A stretch of 64,000 bases of DNA, from NCBI GenBank assembly GCA_965202615.1, contig OZ241837.1, positions 2,370,894-2,434,893 on the forward strand. Direction: 5' to 3'. The first letter of the stretch is position 1. Each line of letters starts with the position of its first letter. Positions 59,877-64,000 of the stretch are shown piece after piece. This stretch comes from Arenicellales bacterium. Lineage in GTDB: Bacteria > Pseudomonadota > Gammaproteobacteria > Arenicellales > JAJDZL01. The translations under genes and the position numbers were made by a program. The notes under the pieces were generated by a model. The model ran no database searches and was not told the DNA's origin. It was given only the letters and a program-made list of their open reading frames with translations.

Positions 59877-60110
59877 AACGTCAAAAAGAACTTAACAGCA
59901 CGCTTGATGTAGCGTTGCGTAATTAAGTATATAAGTCTCAAATATATTTCAAACTGCGGCTACACTGCACTTGATTCGTTGAAAAAGTCAATTCAACATC
60001 CAGCCTGATGATTTGCTTGGCGGTGAGTGGTATTCGGTAAAATTAGATGGTTATTTGTAATCGGAATTCAAGAACAATCAGAACTGTTAATAGATTGCTG
60101 GTCTACTGCT

Positions 60111-61298
60111 GTGCATATACACATTGACCCAGTTGGTGGGATTGCCGGGGACATGTTTGTCGCCGCGATGCTAGATCTGTTTCCGCATCTTGAAGACGGG
60201 ATGCTGGAGAATCTGCGATGTATCAAACCCCTGCTTGCTGTCGACGCCAAAAGTTGTCTGTACAATGACAGCGTTCTGACCGGCAAAAAGTTCACAGTCG
60301 AAGGGCCCAATCTCGGTCATCAGCACAGCCGTTATGTTGAGTTGGTGTCTTCCGTCAAGGAATCGTCGATGAATTCACGGGTTAAAGATCGCGCATGCGA
60401 GATTTTGCAGCTGCTGGCTCAAGCTGAGGCAACAGTGCACGGTATCGAACTTGAAAAAGTAACGTTGCATGAAATCGGTTCACCGGATTCCCTTGCGGAC
60501 ATCGTCTGCAGTTCTTATTTGATTGACGCGGCACAAGCGACGTCGTGGTCAAGTGGATCTTTGCCCTCCGGCAAAGGCAGCATACAGACCGCTCATGGAG
60601 AAATTCCGTTGCCCGCACCTGCGGTCGTACAGCTCCTGAAAGGATTTCCAGTCCACACTGACGACCGGGTTGGCGAACGTGTTACTCCGACCGGAGCGGC
60701 GATTATCCGCTACCTTAACCCTGAATTTGAAGGTCGACGGGGTGCAATGACGCTGTCTGGTGTGGGCTATGGATTCGGCACTCGGAAATTGACTGGCATC
60801 AGCAATGTTCTGCGATTGACCGCATATGAACAATCTCCTGAATCCGCGAAATTTGAAAAAATTGCCATAATGACGTTCGAGGTAGACGATCAGTCGCTTG
60901 AGGACTTGGGTATCGGGCTTGATCGACTGAGGGCCAGTCGCGGTGTGTTGGATGTCATTCAAATGCCGGCCACTGGCAAGAAAAATCGAATGACAGTGCA
61001 TGTTCAGGTTTTGGCGGAACTTGAATATATTGACGATGTTGCGTCCCGGTGTGCGATGGAAACATCAACCTTGGGAGTTCGCATCCAGATCGTCGAACGG
61101 ATGACAGTTCCTCGCGCGGCGCATCACTATGAATTGGAAGGCTGCGCTGTTCCGCTTAAAGTTTCACAACGGCCCGACGGAACGCACACTGCAAAAGTGG
61201 AAGCCGACCACTTGCAACAAGCAGGTCAGTTCAGTGAGCGAAAGCGAGTCAAACAGAAAGTTGAAACTGAAATTGAGCGCAATCCGCCAAAAACCTGA
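60111..61298 (+). CDS. larC: Nickel-pincer cofactor nickel insertase
   Basis: GIAGDM, AEATVHG, HEIG, HGEIPLPAPA and TPTGAA motifs. Confidence 0.92.
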   Translation: MHIHIDPVGGIAGDMFVAAMLDLFPHLEDGMLENLRCIKPLLAVDAKSCLYNDSVLTGKKFTVEGPNLGHQHSRYVELVSSVKESSMNSRVKDRACEILQLLAQAEATVHGIELEKVTLHEIGSPDSLADIVCSSYLIDAAQATSWSSGSLPSGKGSIQTAHGEIPLPAPAVVQLLKGFPVHTDDRVGERVTPTGAAIIRYLNPEFEGRRGAMTLSGVGYGFGTRKLTGISNVLRLTAYEQSPESAKFEKIAIMTFEVDDQSLEDLGIGLDRLRASRGVLDVIQMPATGKKNRMTVHVQVLAELEYIDDVASRCAMETSTLGVRIQIVERMTVPRAAHHYELEGCAVPLKVSQRPDGTHTAKVEADHLQQAGQFSERKRVKQKVETEIERNPPKT

Positions 61299-61305
61299 CT
61301 TCAAT

Positions 61306-62154
61306 ATGCCGTCGGTTCGTAACAAAGCACCTCATTCTCTGGCTGATTCCACGCAATCCAAGCTGGATGAGTTAAAAACAATATTGCAGCATCTGAATTC
61401 AATCGTCATTGCCGTGAGCGGCGGGATTGACAGCACACTGCTCGCGGTAATCGCCGGCAGATTGAGAGACCTGGACCTACACGTCTTCCACGCAGTTTCG
61501 CCTGCTGTCCCTCCCAGTGCGACTCAGCGGGTCCGGCAGTATGCTCAATCCGAGAACTGGAATTTGACAATCTCCGATGCGGGCGAGTTCCGGGATGATC
61601 GATACATGAGCAATCCAGTGGACCGGTGTTACTTCTGTAAAACCAATCTGTATTCACGCGTCGCTTCGAAATTCACAAACCAGATTGTCTCCGGAACCAA
61701 TTTGGATGATCTGAGTGATTATCGCCCCGGCCTGAGTGCCGCAGAAGAGCATTCGGTTAGTCATCCTTACGTTGAGGCAAGAATTACAAAGTCTGATATT
61801 CGTTCGATTGCGAACGGCCTGAATCTCGTCGACCTCGCTGAGCTTCCGGCGTCGCCTTGTCTGTCCAGTCGGGTGCAGACTGGAACACCGATCAATGCGA
61901 CTTGGCTCCACGCGATTGATCGGGTCGAAATTGAAATACGAAAGCGATTGAAAGCGCAGGTTGTGCGTTGTCGCGTACGAAATAACGCCATTGTTATCGA
62001 ACTTGACCAAGCAGCGCTTTCCGGAATCAATTCTGAAGCACGCGCGCAAATAACCGATTGGGTCAATGCATACTTTCCCGAAGAGGTTGATACGCGCTCG
62101 GTGTCGTTTACTCAATACAAAATGGGCAGCGCCTTTGGACCGGTAGTCAATTGA
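61306..62154 (+). CDS. larE: Nickel-pincer sulfur transferase
   Basis: SGGIDS PP-loop, RCYFCK, DYRPG and PCLSSR motifs. Confidence 0.9.
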   Translation: MPSVRNKAPHSLADSTQSKLDELKTILQHLNSIVIAVSGGIDSTLLAVIAGRLRDLDLHVFHAVSPAVPPSATQRVRQYAQSENWNLTISDAGEFRDDRYMSNPVDRCYFCKTNLYSRVASKFTNQIVSGTNLDDLSDYRPGLSAAEEHSVSHPYVEARITKSDIRSIANGLNLVDLAELPASPCLSSRVQTGTPINATWLHAIDRVEIEIRKRLKAQVVRCRVRNNAIVIELDQAALSGINSEARAQITDWVNAYFPEEVDTRSVSFTQYKMGSAFGPVVN

Positions 62155-62840
62155 TGGCATTTTCTGACTTCAGGCCAGATACCGATCGTTTGCGCAGAAT
62201 CGGAATTGAGGAAGCGGTATTTTGCGCGAGCAAGAATGTGAGCCAAATCGACGCGATTGTGACCGATGCCGGTGAAAATCAACGCAATTTGCTCCTGACC
62301 CGGCTCGACGAGTCAAAATTTCGCGCTTTGCGTAAAGAAACCCAGTTAGCGATTGACTACGAAGCCGTGTCAGCGACCGGCATTTTTGGTCAACCAGACT
62401 TGCCAGCGGAACCACCGGATGTCGCGGTTGTCACCGCGGGGACCTCTGACTTGAGTGTTGCACGGGAAGCCGAGCGAACGCTGCGTTATCACGGGATCGA
62501 CTGTGATCAGTTCTACGATGTCGGCGTTGCCGGACTTTGGCGAATATTGAGCATTGAGCAGGAACTGCGAAACTATGCGGTGGTGATTGTAGTTGCAGGA
62601 ATGGATGCAGCGCTTGCGTCGGTAGTCGGCGGATTGATTCCTTCGGTGGTCATCGCGGTGCCCACGTCAGTTGGCTATGGCGTGGCCGAAGGCGGCAGGT
62701 CGGCGCTTGAGTCGGTGTTGACGAGCTGTGCACCTGGATTGGCGACGGTCAATATAGACAATGGATATGGCGCTGCATGCCTTGCTATTCGTGTTCTCAA
62801 TTTTCATAAAGAAGCGCATGTTACTGAATCGGAAACTTAA
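62151..62840 (+). CDS. larB: Nickel-pincer NaAD carboxylase/hydrolase
   Basis: TAGTSD, DVGVAG, PTSVGYG and NIDNGYGAA motifs. Confidence 0.92.
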   Translation: MMAFSDFRPDTDRLRRIGIEEAVFCASKNVSQIDAIVTDAGENQRNLLLTRLDESKFRALRKETQLAIDYEAVSATGIFGQPDLPAEPPDVAVVTAGTSDLSVAREAERTLRYHGIDCDQFYDVGVAGLWRILSIEQELRNYAVVIVVAGMDAALASVVGGLIPSVVIAVPTSVGYGVAEGGRSALESVLTSCAPGLATVNIDNGYGAACLAIRVLNFHKEAHVTESET

Positions 62841-62974
62841 TCCGCAAGTGCACCTCGATAGAGTGTTGCAAGATTCAGGTGCGGGACCGATGGTAGCCTG
62901 GTGTTCTAAAAACCGTCCGATTATGTCCCGTCTTGTTCCAAACAATTGTGTAGCATCTGAGACGAGGTAATACG

Positions 62975-64000
62975 GTGGTTGCGGTTGCAGCTGATTTTGG
63001 GGCTGACAAGATTTCAATTGATGTTCCGGATCATTCGACGATCATTGAATTTCAGAACCCGCTGTTTCTTGATCAACCCGAAACTTCGGTCATTGCGGCT
63101 CTCAACAACCCTGTTGCAAGTCCGCCGCTGGCCGAACTGCTGAGGCCCGGGATGACAGTTGCCGTCGGCTTCGATGATTTAACGCGCCCGCCATTGCCGT
63201 GGCAGACAATTTTACCTTTGGTCATTGATTGTCTTGCTCGGGACGGTATCAAAGATCGAGATATCTCTTTGATTTGCGCCAACGGTGCGCATCGAAAATG
63301 GACACCCGATGAATTGAGGAACTTTCTCGGTGTTGAACTGTTTGACAGGTTCTGGCCAATTGGGCAGATTGTCAATCACGATTGTCAAAATCCGAGCGAA
63401 CTGACCTACCTGGGCACGACAGAGCGCGGGGGATACGTTGAACATAACCGAAGATTTGTCGAGGCTGATCTTTCAATTTATGTGGGAACGGTCTCCGCGA
63501 CCTATGTTGGCGGTTATTCCGGTACCGGCGCCGTAACCGGACTTGCATCGGCGAACAGCCTTGCGTCGCACCATGCCCATCGATTCTGGCATAGCCCAAA
63601 ATCGACGACCGGTGATCATCGCACGATGATGTATCGCGGTATGAAAGCGCAGGTGCATGACCATATGGAAAAAGCGATGGGAAAGCGAATTTTCTACGTC
63701 AATTCTGTTGTCGGAGTCGGCGGGAGGATGGCTGGCGTTTTTGCAGGTTACTCCCCGCAGATAGAGCAACCATGCTGGGATTTGGCCGATACGTTCAATA
63801 TTTATCCGGCACCGCAAGCGGATGTACTGATCATTGGTCTGAGCAATTGGTTCGCTTACGGGGAGTCTGACAATACACTGATTGCCGCGATCGGCTGTCT
63901 GAATCCACCGCGAATCTGGCTGAATCGCCCGATTTTGAGGGAAGGCGGTGTGGTGATTGGACTCAACCCCTCGTCTGGGCGAATTAATCCAGAAATGTAT
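62975..64000 (+). CDS. larA: LarA-superfamily nickel-dependent racemase/epimerase (3' truncated by window edge)
   Basis: GAGG then GTG start. ALNNPVASPPL, DDLTRP, ANGAHRK, NHD and GGYSG motifs. Frame is open to the end and is missing from the ORF track. Confidence 0.85.
   Translation, partial: MVAVAADFGADKISIDVPDHSTIIEFQNPLFLDQPETSVIAALNNPVASPPLAELLRPGMTVAVGFDDLTRPPLPWQTILPLVIDCLARDGIKDRDISLICANGAHRKWTPDELRNFLGVELFDRFWPIGQIVNHDCQNPSELTYLGTTERGGYVEHNRRFVEADLSIYVGTVSATYVGGYSGTGAVTGLASANSLASHHAHRFWHSPKSTTGDHRTMMYRGMKAQVHDHMEKAMGKRIFYVNSVVGVGGRMAGVFAGYSPQIEQPCWDLADTFNIYPAPQADVLIIGLSNWFAYGESDNTLIAAIGCLNPPRIWLNRPILREGGVVIGLNPSSGRINPEMY

Overview
Bacterial chromosomal window of about 50% GC. Gene content is proteobacterial, and I infer a marine or host-associated gammaproteobacterium. 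From left to right: (1) the 3' part of a type I-G (I-U) CRISPR-Cas operon (csb2, cas3, csb3/cas8, cas4-cas1, cas2) with a 7-repeat array; (2) a catabolic/transport cluster (PhyH dioxygenase, DUF1028, HisN/IMPase, OYE, ferredoxin-reductase fusion, SDR, TctCBA, amidohydrolase, PfkB kinase); (3) a decayed ~10 kb island that appears to split a higBA locus and ends in an integrase remnant plus a tRNA-Thr 3' half. The island holds dead NYN and HEPN RNase genes and a three-level nest of mobile elements: IS1380 > ISNCY-type IS carrying a DNA methylase > intact RIT recombinase trio. The RIT has 98-bp perfect inverted repeats and an internal inverted copy of its 6-bp target core; (4) housekeeping genes with an ISKra4 insertion, an isolated nuoN and tRNA-fMet; (5) an NCS2 permease fusion and two tandem S8 lipoprotein proteases; (6) two TnpB remnants and a larC-larE-larB-larA cluster. 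The strongest candidate for a novel system is the RIT end architecture. All calls come from reading the sequence; no database searches were run.
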